NCBI GenBank assembly: GCA_963850035.1
Contig: CAWKJP010000005.1
Coordinates: forward strand, 195,644 to 259,643
Source: an uncultured Chloroflexia bacterium
GTDB taxonomy: Bacteria; Chloroflexota; Limnocylindria; Limnocylindrales; CSP1-4
Direction of reading: 5' to 3'
DNA length: 64,000 nucleotides
The notes under the pieces are model-generated. The model searched no databases. It was not told where the DNA came from and worked only from the letters and a program-made list of their open reading frames with translations. Below, piece by piece: positions 38,325 through 47,447 of this stretch (positions are counted from its first letter, which is position 1; every line of letters begins with the position of its first letter). The position numbers and the translations under genes were made by a program.

Positions 38325-39911
38325 ATGCCCGATCCCCGAACCGACGACGAGCCCGAGCCATCACCCGCTGCGCGTCCACCGGGAGCGCGGGAGACGGGTG
38401 GATCTGCCCGGAGCCGCCGCGCGCGGGCCCTCGCGCTCCTCCTCGTCGGCCTGCTGGCGGCGGTGGGGGCCGTCGCGATGTCGGGGCTCCTCGCAGGTCC
38501 GGCCGGTCCACGGGAAGCTGTCGCCCCGGCGCCACCGAGCCCATCCGTCGCGCCGTCCGGCACTGCGAGCGCCGCTCCACCCAGCCCGGACGCGTCCGCC
38601 CAGGTTGGCGCCACGTCAGCCGGCCTCATCGCCGTCGTCGACGCGAACGGGGCCCTGACCACGATGGATGACCGCGGCGGGTCGATCGTCTCGTACGCCG
38701 TACGCGGGGTGGCGTTCGGACTTCCGACCTGGTCCCCCGACGGCTCGCGCATCGCCGCTGTCGGCTCCACCGCGACGGACGCCTCGATCTACGTCTTTCG
38801 CGTGCGGCGCGGGACCGCCGCTGGGACCACCCGGCCGGTCGTGATCTACCGCAGCCCGAACCGACCGCCGTTCTACCTCTACTGGACGCCGGACGGCCGG
38901 AAGGTCGCCTTCCTCGCGACCGAGTCGGCCGGGATCTCGCTGCGGATCGCGCCCGCCGATGGCACGGCACCCCTCGACGGGAGCGGTCCGGGCGCATTGA
39001 TCCGCCGGGGCGCACCGCTCTATTTCGATTGGGAGGGCGCATCGCGCCTGCTCCTCCACGTCGGCAGCCGGTCGAACGGGTTCGTCGGCGAGGTCGGCCT
39101 GGACGGCGCATCGCTCGCGCCGGCGGTGGCCGGGACGGGCGACTTCCGGGCCGCGAGCGCGAGCGGCGACGGCCGTTACATGGCCTACGCCCGGGCGACC
39201 ACCGGATCGTCGAGCGAGGTCGTGGTCGCCGCCCGGGATGGCACGAGCAGCTACTCCATGCCGGTGTTCGGCCCGGTCGCCTTCGTCTTCGACCCTGCCG
39301 GCGACGCCCTCGCCGCCATCGGGGCGATCGCGCCCGGAGCGCCGGCATCGGGATTCCCGATCGGCCCGCTCCGGCTGATCGACGCCCGCTCCGGGGCCGC
39401 GAGGACGCTCGTCGACGGCCTGGTGGTGGGCTTCTTCTGGGCCCCCGACGGCCGCACGATCGCCGTGCTCCGGCTCGCCAGCCCGGGGGGCCAGACGACC
39501 CGGGTCGGTGGCACCCTGGCGGCAGCCGGCATCGGGACGGCTACCGGCGCGACGGGACCCGACGCGAGGCTCGTTGCCGTGACGCCTGTCCCGGGGTCGC
39601 CCGCCGCGGCAACGCCCGGCGCCCCGGGGACGCCAGCCCCGGCGGCCGAGGTGCGCCTCGCGTTCGTCGACGCCGCGACCGGCGCCGTCCGCTCCGAGCA
39701 GGTCGTGCAGCCCGCCGTCGGCTTCGTCGACCAGGTGCTGCCGTATTTCGACCAGTACGCCCTGAGCCACCGCGTCTGGGCGCCCGACAGCACGTCGGTG
39801 GTGCTGCCCCTCGTGGACGCGACCGGGCGGACCCACGCGGTCGTGGTGCCCGCCGACGGGTCGGACCCGCGGGCAGTCGCGGACGGCGAGGCCGCGTTCT
39901 GGAGCCCGTGA
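38325..39911 (+). CDS. membrane-anchored TolB-like (PD40/WD40-like) beta-propeller protein
   Basis: 528 aa with an N-terminal TM segment (ALALLLVGLLAAVGAVAMSGLL) and recurring PD40-type repeats (WSPDGSRIA, WTPDGRKVAF, WAPDGRTIA, WAPDSTSV). Confidence 0.6.
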   Translation: MPDPRTDDEPEPSPAARPPGARETGGSARSRRARALALLLVGLLAAVGAVAMSGLLAGPAGPREAVAPAPPSPSVAPSGTASAAPPSPDASAQVGATSAGLIAVVDANGALTTMDDRGGSIVSYAVRGVAFGLPTWSPDGSRIAAVGSTATDASIYVFRVRRGTAAGTTRPVVIYRSPNRPPFYLYWTPDGRKVAFLATESAGISLRIAPADGTAPLDGSGPGALIRRGAPLYFDWEGASRLLLHVGSRSNGFVGEVGLDGASLAPAVAGTGDFRAASASGDGRYMAYARATTGSSSEVVVAARDGTSSYSMPVFGPVAFVFDPAGDALAAIGAIAPGAPASGFPIGPLRLIDARSGAARTLVDGLVVGFFWAPDGRTIAVLRLASPGGQTTRVGGTLAAAGIGTATGATGPDARLVAVTPVPGSPAAATPGAPGTPAPAAEVRLAFVDAATGAVRSEQVVQPAVGFVDQVLPYFDQYALSHRVWAPDSTSVVLPLVDATGRTHAVVVPADGSDPRAVADGEAAFWSP

Positions 39912-40008
39912 TCCCCCGACGCGCGGGCCTGCATCCGCCCCGTGACGTAGAGTGGCGGCTCGCGGAGCGGCGGATGCTGTCGATCCGCCGACGTTCGAGG
40001 GCACGCCG

Positions 40009-40380
40009 ATGGACGAACAGGACGTTCGAGACCGCGCCGAGGCACTCTGTGCCGCGGCGGTTGCCGGCGACATCGACCGGGTGATCGAGGACTTCAGCGC
40101 GGAGCTGCGACACAACCTCGGTGAGGTTCTCGCCCTCCTGCCGCTCCCGGCGAACGACGCAACCGTCGAGACGATCGAGCGAAGCGGCGGCTCCGGGGGG
40201 TACGCGGTCGTGCTCCGGCTCGTCGGCGAGGCAGAGGAGGTCCAGGTCCAGACGCGCTGGAAGGACCGGGATGGCCGGATCACGCTCATCGAGGCGAGCC
40301 ACCTGAGCAGGGTCGCGGCCGCCGCAGAGGAGGCCGAAGGGGCCGCGGCAGAGGACGGATCGGGCGAGTCGCCCGCCTGA
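40009..40380 (+). CDS. hypothetical small protein
   Basis: ORF 39952..40380 trimmed to the ATG at 40009 (MDEQDVRDRAEALCAAAVAGDIDRVIEDFSAELRHNLGEVLALL...). A GC-rich hairpin lies just downstream (around 40385-40415). Confidence 0.4.
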   Translation: MDEQDVRDRAEALCAAAVAGDIDRVIEDFSAELRHNLGEVLALLPLPANDATVETIERSGGSGGYAVVLRLVGEAEEVQVQTRWKDRDGRITLIEASHLSRVAAAAEEAEGAAAEDGSGESPA

Positions 40381-40566
40381 CCCCTCGGGCCCGGGCAGCC
40401 TGCGCCCGGCCGAGCGCGTCGGCGCGATTGCGAGGCATTCACGCTCCCGGGGCTCGGGTTCGGCTGTGCCCGGCCGGGACGGCCCGGCTCCATCACGGTC
40501 GCCGGAGCGCCAAACGGCCGGCGGCGCGGCGCTACGATGGGTTCCCGTTCCTGAGGAGTCCGCGCC

Positions 40567-41562
40567 TTGATGCTCAACCTGTTCGTGATCCTGTTCGGGA
40601 TCCTGATCCTGCTGCTCAGCGTCGGCCTCGGCATCGTCATGCCGATCAGCCGGACCGCGGCGGCAGTGAGCCGGGGCCACGATGACCGGGCCGTCCCGCG
40701 AAGCCACCTTGCGCGCGGCGTCGCCGGATCGATCCTCGGGTTCGCCGTCCTCGTGATCGGGATCTCCGGGCCCTTCGTCGAGGTCCCGGCGGGCAACGTC
40801 GGCGTCGCCACGAACTTCGGGCAGGTCCAGGTCGGCACGCTCCAGCCCGGCCTCCACGTGATCCTGCCGATCGTCCAGCAGGTGGTGAACGTCGACACGC
40901 GCGTGCAGCCGCACCAGTTCCAGGAGATCGACGCGGCGTCGAAGGAGCTCCAGACGGTCAAGCTCACCGGCACGATGAACTACCACATCGACGGGCAGTT
41001 CGCGTCGGACCTCTACCAGCGGGTCGGGACGGACTTCGCGGCCAAGATCATCGACCCGGCCTTCAACGACTTCATCAAGACCGTCGTGCCCGACTACTCG
41101 GTCAACGACATCCTGGCCAAGCGCGACGAGATCCGCTCGCTCGCCAAGACGCAGCTCGCCGCCAACCTGTCCCAGTACCACATCGTCGTCGACGACATCT
41201 ACATCGCCAACATCGCGTTCTCGGACGCCTTCCAGAAGGCGATCGAGGACAAGCAGGTCGCCCAGCAGCAGGTGCAGACGGAGCAGCAGATCCTGGCCCA
41301 GAAGCAGATCCAGGCGCAGCAGGCGGTCGCCGCGGCCCAGGGCCAGGCGGACTCGACCGTCACCCTGGCCACGGGCCAGGCCAAGGCGAACGACCTCCTG
41401 AACCAGTCCCTGAGCGACAAGATCCTGCAGTACCAGTACATCCAGAAGCTGAGCGACAAGATCTCGGTCATGCTCCTGCCCTCCGGCAACGGGACGATCT
41501 TCGACCTCAAGTCGCTCCTGGGCCAGTCGGCGCCCAGCCCGTCGCCCTCGGCCGCGCCATAG
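40567..41562 (+). CDS. SPFH/band-7 domain protein (prohibitin/HflC-like)
   Basis: 331 aa with N-terminal TM segments, an SPFH core (...VPAGNVGVATNFGQVQ...LQTVKLTGTMNYHI...AKRDEIRSLAK...) and a Gln/Ala-rich coiled coil (QQQVQTEQQILAQKQIQAQQAVAAAQGQ). Confidence 0.8.
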   Translation: MMLNLFVILFGILILLLSVGLGIVMPISRTAAAVSRGHDDRAVPRSHLARGVAGSILGFAVLVIGISGPFVEVPAGNVGVATNFGQVQVGTLQPGLHVILPIVQQVVNVDTRVQPHQFQEIDAASKELQTVKLTGTMNYHIDGQFASDLYQRVGTDFAAKIIDPAFNDFIKTVVPDYSVNDILAKRDEIRSLAKTQLAANLSQYHIVVDDIYIANIAFSDAFQKAIEDKQVAQQQVQTEQQILAQKQIQAQQAVAAAQGQADSTVTLATGQAKANDLLNQSLSDKILQYQYIQKLSDKISVMLLPSGNGTIFDLKSLLGQSAPSPSPSAAP

Positions 41563-41602
41563 CCCCGGGTTGCCAGGCGGACGAGCGGAGCAGGTTCCTG
41601 CG

Positions 41603-42544
41603 ATGCATCCATTCACGTTCCTCGCCTCGATCCAGGCCGTCATGGACGGCCCGACGCTGGCCGCGGAGGCCCGGCGCGCCGAGGCGATGGGCTTCACCGC
41701 CCTGGTCGTCCCCGACCACCTGATCGAGCAGCTCTCCCCGATCCCCGCACTCGCCACGATCGCGGCCGCGACGGAGCACCTGCGGATCGGCGCGTTCGTG
41801 CATAACAACGACCTGCGCCACCCGGCGGTCCTGGCGCAGGACCTCGCCAGCCTGGACGTGCTGAGCGGCGGCCGGCTGGACATCGCCATCGGGGCGGGCT
41901 GGAACCGGCCGGAGTACGACGCAATCGGGCTCGCCTTCGATCCAGCCCCGGTCCGCCAGGCGCGCCTCGAGGAGGCCGTCGCCGTCCTCAAGGGGTGCTT
42001 CGGCGACGGGCCATTCTCGTTCGCTGGTGAGCACTACACGATCCGGGAGCTGGACGCCCACCCGAAGCCGGTCCAGCGACCGCACCCGCCGTTCCTCATC
42101 GGCGGGGGTGGCCGCCGCACGTTGTCGCTCGCCGGGCGCGAGGCGGACATCGTGAGCCTGGCACCGCGCATCCTGTCCGGGCAGCGCTCGGACCCGACCT
42201 CGCTGACCCTGGCCGCCACGGAGGAGAAGATCGGCTGGGTGCGCGCGGCCGCGGGCGACCGGTTCGTCGACCTCGTCCTCAACGTCTACCCATCCGCGTG
42301 GCCGATCACCGTCACCGCGGACGCCCGGGGCGAAGCGGGGCGGATCGCCGACCACCTGCACGGCCGGGCCGCGGTCGACCTGACGATCGACGACGTCCTG
42401 GAGGCACCCCAGATCTTCGTCGGGTCGGTGGACGGGCTGGTCGCGAAGTTCCGGGAGCTCCGCGAGCGGCTGGGGATCTCGTCGTTCATGGTCGGCGGCA
42501 TCGACGAGCTGGCGCCGGTGGTGGAGCGCCTCGCCGGGACCTGA
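41603..42544 (+). CDS. LLM-class F420-dependent oxidoreductase
   Basis: 313 aa starting at an internal ATG (MHPFTFLASIQAV...). It has LLM TIM-barrel motifs (GFTALVVPDHL, GGRLDIAIGAGW). Confidence 0.75.
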   Translation: MHPFTFLASIQAVMDGPTLAAEARRAEAMGFTALVVPDHLIEQLSPIPALATIAAATEHLRIGAFVHNNDLRHPAVLAQDLASLDVLSGGRLDIAIGAGWNRPEYDAIGLAFDPAPVRQARLEEAVAVLKGCFGDGPFSFAGEHYTIRELDAHPKPVQRPHPPFLIGGGGRRTLSLAGREADIVSLAPRILSGQRSDPTSLTLAATEEKIGWVRAAAGDRFVDLVLNVYPSAWPITVTADARGEAGRIADHLHGRAAVDLTIDDVLEAPQIFVGSVDGLVAKFRELRERLGISSFMVGGIDELAPVVERLAGT

Positions 42545-42585
42545 GCCCGCCGGGGCGAGCAGGGTCGCGGCGGGCGTCGGGCCCG

Positions 42586-43515
42586 CTAGGGTCGCGTCTC
42601 GGCCAGCGCGGCGGCGATCTCCTTGAGGGCGTCCAGCGCCGGGTCGGCGGACGACTGGGCGCGCATCTGGAGGCAGACGCTGTCCGCCCCGGCATCGAGG
42701 TGGGCACGCACGCGCGCCACGATCGCGTCGACGTCGCCGCAGACGATGACCGCGTCGATCAGGCGGTCGCTCCCCTCCCCTGCGAGGTCGTCGTCGCTCC
42801 AGCCCAATCGCCGGAGGTTGTTCGCGTAGTTCGGGAGCGCCAGGTAGTTCTTCGCGAAGGCGCGCGCGATCCGGCGCCCCTCGCCCAGGTCCGTGGCGAG
42901 CACCGCGGTCTGCTCGACCACGAGGCACGGCTCCGGGCCGAGATGCCGGCGCGCGATGGGCGTGTGCTCGACGGGGACGAAGTACGGGTGCGCGCCGTCC
43001 GCCCGCTCCGCGGCGAGCTCGAGCATGCGCGGCCCCAGCGCGGCCAGCAGGACGGGCACCGGCGGGTCCGGCTCCGGGCCGCCATACGGCGACGCCGCCA
43101 TCGCATCGAGGTAGGCCCGCATCGTCTCCAGGGGACGTCCGTAGGTGCCGCCGCGGGTCGCGACCGATGGCGCATGGCTGACCCCGAGGCCAAGGATGAA
43201 GCGTCCGGGGTACGCCTCGCCGAGGGTCCGTGCCCCGTTTGCCATGGCCATCGGGTCACGGGCGTGGATGTTCGCGATCCCGGACGCGACGGCAATGCGC
43301 TCCGCGGACGCGAGCAGGATGGCGGCGTGGCTGAACAGCTCCTTGTTGCCGAGCGTCTCGGGAATCCAGGCCGCCGGATAGCCGAACCCCTCGAGCTCGC
43401 GCAGCGCCCGTCCGGCGTCGCTCGCCGGCAGGCGCTGCAGGGCCCAGCTCCAGACCCCGGCGGGCCCGAGCATCTCCGCCAGCCGGCGTCCGCCGTATCC
43501 ACCGATGCCGCTCAT
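42586..43515 (-). CDS. LLM-class F420-dependent oxidoreductase
   Basis: 309 aa starting at an internal ATG (MSGIGGYGGRRLAEMLGPAGVWSWAL...GYPAAWIPETLGNKELF...GRFILGLGVSHAP). Confidence 0.75.
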   Translation of the reverse strand: MSGIGGYGGRRLAEMLGPAGVWSWALQRLPASDAGRALRELEGFGYPAAWIPETLGNKELFSHAAILLASAERIAVASGIANIHARDPMAMANGARTLGEAYPGRFILGLGVSHAPSVATRGGTYGRPLETMRAYLDAMAASPYGGPEPDPPVPVLLAALGPRMLELAAERADGAHPYFVPVEHTPIARRHLGPEPCLVVEQTAVLATDLGEGRRIARAFAKNYLALPNYANNLRRLGWSDDDLAGEGSDRLIDAVIVCGDVDAIVARVRAHLDAGADSVCLQMRAQSSADPALDALKEIAAALAETRP

Positions 43516-43681
43516 CGACGCGCCTCTCCTCCCGGCAATCGGGTCGCGCAGCGGCGGCCCCCTCGACCCCCGAAGCCTAGCGAACCGCCCGACGACCTGC
43601 CGGCTTCGCCGCCCGCCGGGAACCGAGCCGGATCTTCGCGCGTCTGGCTTCCATCCAGCCACCCGACACAGAGGAGTCCCG

Positions 43682-44185
43682 ATGAAGCGCCGCGTCCCAT
43701 TCGCGCTCCTGGCCCTCGCGAGCCTGCTCATCCTGCCGGCAAGCGCCGCAGCGGCCGGGCCCCAGCTCCAGGCGACCGTCATCCCCGGCCGCGAGATCGA
43801 CGTTGCCGGCTCGGGCTTCCCCGCCTCGAGCACCGTCACGCTCGTCATCAGCCGGAGCAACCACCCCGACGAGACGCGGATGCTCGCCGCCGACGCCTCC
43901 GGATCCTTCACGACGACGATCGACGCGGGCCCCGGGCATGGCGGCGCCTACACGCTCGTCGCGAGCGCCGGGCAGCTGCGCGCGACGGCCCAGGTGGTCG
44001 CCGTGGAGACGGCAGGGGGAGCCGGCGGTGGGCTCGCCAGCCCGCCTCCGACCGATACCGCGCCGCTGCCGGATCCGGGCCGCGCACCGGCGGGCGCGCC
44101 CCTTGCCGTGATCCTCGCCGTCGCGCTCGCCGGAGCGATCGGGGCGGGGTGGTCATTCCGCCGCGTGGGACGCCCCTCCCGGTAG
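43682..44185 (+). CDS. secreted hypothetical protein with a signal peptide and a C-terminal TM anchor
   Basis: An ATG preceded by GAGGAG (MKRRVPFALLALASLLILPASAAAAG...) and a C-terminal hydrophobic segment plus RR (...LAVILAVALAGAIGAGWSFRRVGRPSR). Confidence 0.5.
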   Translation: MKRRVPFALLALASLLILPASAAAAGPQLQATVIPGREIDVAGSGFPASSTVTLVISRSNHPDETRMLAADASGSFTTTIDAGPGHGGAYTLVASAGQLRATAQVVAVETAGGAGGGLASPPPTDTAPLPDPGRAPAGAPLAVILAVALAGAIGAGWSFRRVGRPSR

Positions 44186-44373
44186 GCAGCGCTCCGGCGG
44201 CCGGTCAACCGTGGCCGGCCGGCCGGGTGTGTGGCCGCCGGCCGGTTCGGCACGTGGCGGCCGCTCGGCTCCGGGGTATGGCGGCCGGGCCTGCAGCGCG
44301 TTGCGGCAGGCCCCTGCCCGGGCACGGATTCCGCCGCTGCCGGCACGCCGCGCCGGTCGCGAGGCGCCGGGCT

Positions 44374-44832
44374 TCAGGCGAGCGAGACGATCCGCAGCCC
44401 GAAGGCGCCGCTCGGCGCGGTCACGAGCACCCGGTCCCCGACCCGGCCGCCCATGAGCGCGCGTCCGACCGGCGAGGTGCTGCTGATCCGGCCGGCCGCC
44501 GGAGCAGCCTCGTGGCTGCCGACGATCGTGTACGTCTCCTCGCCGTTGTCGTCCTCGACCGTCACCGTCGTGCCCAGGCTGACGTGACTCGTGGACGCTC
44601 CAACGATCTCCACGGCGTCGCGGAGCAGCACGGTCAGCTCGTTGACCCGTCCTTCGAGGATCGACTGCTCCTTGCGCGCCGTCTCGTACTCCGCGTTCTC
44701 GCGGAGGTCGCCGAGCTCGCGGGCCGCGGTGATCCGGGCGACGACGACGGGCCGCTCGACGGTGGTGAGCTGCTCGAGCTCGGCACGAACGCTGACGATG
44801 CCGCTCGAGGAAAGGTAGACGGTGCTGCTCAT
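44374..44832 (-). CDS. greA: transcription elongation factor GreA
   Basis: 152 aa with conserved GreA blocks (ARELGDLRENAEYETARKEQSILEGRVNELTVLLRDAVEI ... TVEDDNGEETYTIVGSHEA). Confidence 0.85.
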   Translation of the reverse strand: MSSTVYLSSSGIVSVRAELEQLTTVERPVVVARITAARELGDLRENAEYETARKEQSILEGRVNELTVLLRDAVEIVGASTSHVSLGTTVTVEDDNGEETYTIVGSHEAAPAAGRISSTSPVGRALMGGRVGDRVLVTAPSGAFGLRIVSLA

Positions 44833-44972
44833 GATCGGGCGATCTCCGGGGCGCGGGAGGACCAGGGCTGGGCTCGCCAGTCTGACAGGTGGTCCAAGAG
44901 CACGCCCGCGAGAACCCTGGAGCGTCCGCCCGGGCCGGCATGACGGTCGGCCGGGGCGCCCCGACCGACCGG

Positions 44973-45449
44973 CTACGCCTTCCGCTCCAGCAGCTCCTCG
45001 GCGGCGAAGAGGTTGATCCCGCTGTCGATCAGGTCCAGCAGCCCGCGCATCGTGCGCTCCTCCTCGACCTGCTCCTCGATGAACCATTGCAGGAACTGCA
45101 GGCTGCGGTGATCCCCTGCCGCCGTCGCCGCGCTGGCGAGCACGTCGAACTGGCCGGTCACGCGAAGCTCGCTCTCGAGGGCGGCCCGGACGGCCTCCCT
45201 CGCGGAGGCGTACCGGGTCGTGCCCGGTCCGATTGCCGGCAGGTCGAAGGGGATGCCGTTGTCGATGAGGAACGAGATGATCTTTGCGGCGTGCTGGGCT
45301 TCCTCGACGGACTGGGCACGGAACACTCCGGCCCATCTCGACAGGCTCTGCCCCTCGAAGTAGAGCGAGATCCCGAAGTACGCCTGGTGGGCATTGAGCT
45401 CGTGTCCGACCTGGGCGATGAGCAGGTCCCGGACCTCGTCGGTGATCAT
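44973..45449 (-). CDS. ferritin (non-haem, BfrB-like)
   Basis: 158 aa starting at an internal ATG (MITDEVRDLLIAQVGHELNAHQAYFGISLYFEG...EEAQHA...FLQWFIEEQVEEE) with ferroxidase-centre ligands. Confidence 0.8.
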   Translation of the reverse strand: MITDEVRDLLIAQVGHELNAHQAYFGISLYFEGQSLSRWAGVFRAQSVEEAQHAAKIISFLIDNGIPFDLPAIGPGTTRYASAREAVRAALESELRVTGQFDVLASAATAAGDHRSLQFLQWFIEEQVEEERTMRGLLDLIDSGINLFAAEELLERKA

Positions 45450-45601
45450 GGCTGTCCCTCTCCTTCCCGCGTCGTCGCATCGAGGATACCGTCGATCGGC
45501 CGCGGTCGCGGCTGTCGAGCCGCCACTGCCGCCCATCGTTCGCGGGCCACTCCCGCCTCGCGTCCCTTCGAGCCCCCGCGCGCGTCGCTAGAGTTCGCGA
45601 G

Positions 45602-46789
45602 ATGCCAGCCACGTCGCGCCGGCGGGCGCTCGTCCTCATCTGCGCCGTCGCAGTCGCGGTCGCCACCAATTACACGATCCAGGGCCCTGTCCTCGGGCTG
45701 ATCCGCGCCGAGTTCGGGCTGTCGTCAGCGGATGCGGGCGGCCTCGCCACGGCGTTCTTCGCCGGCTCCGCGGCCACGATGCTCGCCGGAGGCGCGATCG
45801 CGGACCGGATCGGGACGCGGCCCGCGGTGACCCTGGGGTTCCTGCTGGTGGCCGTCGGCAACCTCGGCACCGGTCTCCTCGCGCCAAGCTTCCCGGCCCT
45901 GCTGGCATGGCGCGTCCTCGGCGGCCTCGGCGGGGGCTTCGGGTTCGCGGCCGGGGCCGCCTATACGCGCTCGATCTTCGATGACCGTGGGCGCCACCTG
46001 GCCCAGGGGCTCTACGGTGCGGCGTTCCTCCTCGGGTCGGGGATCACGCTGGCCTACATCCCGGTCCTCGCCGGCCCGTCCGGCAACTGGCGGCTCGCCT
46101 TCACGCTGTCCGCGGCCGCCGTGACGGTGGTCTGGGTGGCCTGGACGCTGCTCGCCCCGGCGGAGGCCCGGACGCCGGCAGGCGGCGGTGCGCTGGACGC
46201 GCTGGTCGTCGCGCTGCGCGAGCGCAACACGTGGCTGCTGGCCCTCTGCCACATGTGCGGTTTCGGAATGGCGATCGTCGTCAGCACCTGGGTCACGCTC
46301 TACCTCGAGGAGGCGTTCGGCCTGTCGATCGGGGCGGCCGGGCTGCTCGGCTCACTGACGCTGGTGCTCGGCATCGTCTCCCGCGCCTCGGGCGGGGCCG
46401 TCCTCGAGGCGGGGCTGGCACCGATCCGCGCGGTCCGGATCGGCCTGGCGCTGGCCGTGACTGGCCTGTCGATGATCGCGCTTGCGCCGTCGCTGCCGAT
46501 CGCCGTGGCCGGCCTCGCGATCACCGGCCTGGGCGTCGGTCTTCCGTACGCGGCCGTGTTCAACGGAGCCGCGGCGAGCGTCCCCGCAAGTGCCGCATCC
46601 GCCCAGGCGGTCGTGGGCTGGGGTGGGCTTCTCACCGCGATCTTCGGAACGCCGCTCGTCGGCACCCTGCTCGACGCGACCGGGAGCTTCACCGCGGGCT
46701 TCCTCGTCCTCGCCGCGATCGTCGTGACCGTCCTGCTCCTGAGCTCGCTGGTCCGCCCGTTCGACCTCGCGGCGGCCGACTCGGTGTGA
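45602..46789 (+). CDS. MFS transporter
   Basis: 395 aa with about 12 TM helices and a typical MFS composition. Confidence 0.75.
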   Translation: MPATSRRRALVLICAVAVAVATNYTIQGPVLGLIRAEFGLSSADAGGLATAFFAGSAATMLAGGAIADRIGTRPAVTLGFLLVAVGNLGTGLLAPSFPALLAWRVLGGLGGGFGFAAGAAYTRSIFDDRGRHLAQGLYGAAFLLGSGITLAYIPVLAGPSGNWRLAFTLSAAAVTVVWVAWTLLAPAEARTPAGGGALDALVVALRERNTWLLALCHMCGFGMAIVVSTWVTLYLEEAFGLSIGAAGLLGSLTLVLGIVSRASGGAVLEAGLAPIRAVRIGLALAVTGLSMIALAPSLPIAVAGLAITGLGVGLPYAAVFNGAAASVPASAASAQAVVGWGGLLTAIFGTPLVGTLLDATGSFTAGFLVLAAIVVTVLLLSSLVRPFDLAAADSV

Positions 46790-47309
46790 TCAGGCGGGCA
46801 GGGCGCCGCGGCGGACCGGATGATCGACGACCCGTCGGCCGCCCGGTCGTCGGTCCGCCTGGCGCTCGGGCCCGATCCATCGCTCGCCGACGCCCCGATC
46901 GGATGGTTGCGGGGCGTTCTCGCACGACGCGGCGCACCCGCCGCAGAACTCCTCGATCAGCGCCGCCGCGAGCTGATAGCGCCGTGCGCGCGCCAGCAGG
47001 CGTCGCGCCATGAAGGGATCGAGCGTGGCGGTGCCCCGAGCGGCCGCACGGGCCTCCTCGCGGTAGTCGCGGCCGATCGTTCGGGGTCCCGCGCGGCGGA
47101 GCTGATGAGCGTCGACAGGGCGACCTCACCGGACGTCCGTCCGGGATCGCGGTCGTCCCATCCCGCAGCGATCGTCGAACCGAGGACCTGGAGAGCGCAG
47201 CCAGCCATCGAAGCTTCTCCCGGGCCGGCGTGCACTCCGCGGGCCGCATCGACGGCCCGCCGTCCTGGCGCTCCAGGCGCACGTCGACGACGTCGGCATT
47301 CTTCGCGCT

Positions 47310-47330
47310 CGACGCGGCGTCGTCATGACG
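47310..47330. promoter_or_regulatory. conserved palindromic motif, site 5 (variant: GACG-cgg-CGTC-GTCATGACG)
   Basis: Read directly. It shares GACGCGGCGTC with site 4 and the GTCATGAC core with all sites. It lies in an apparently gene-free ~650 bp region. Confidence 0.3.
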
Positions 47331-47399
47331 GCACGTAATCCGGGTGCGGCCCGAGGCGGGGCGGCGGCGACCTGACCGATCGCACGCCGGTGCCGCGCG

Positions 47400-47447
47400 T
47401 CACGGCGTCAGCTCCTCACGGCGTGAGCGCCTCACGGCGAGAGCGCC
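47400..47447. repeat. tandem 16-bp direct repeat x3 (TCACGGCGTNAGCNCC), with the gene's stop region as a degenerate 4th copy
   Basis: Read directly as TCACGGCGTCAGCTCC / TCACGGCGTGAGCGCC / TCACGGCGAGAGCGCC, followed by TCACGGGGTGAGG (the stop of the 47448..48497 gene). On the gene's sense strand each unit is a GGCG-nnnn-CGCC mini-hairpin followed by GTGA. Confidence 0.6.

Noticed and set aside
40381-40566. GC-rich palindromic segment (GGGCCCGGGC...GCGCCCGGCC) downstream of the small hypothetical gene
   Set aside because: The arms are imperfect and overlapping and I could not define a clean stem. It may be a terminator but the evidence is weak.
12257-47330. Interpretation of the recurring palindrome as a MITE or IS terminal repeat
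   Set aside because: Only about 20 bp are shared and the flanking sequences are unrelated. There are no target-site duplications or transposase genes, and every copy sits at a gene 5' end, which favours a regulatory site.
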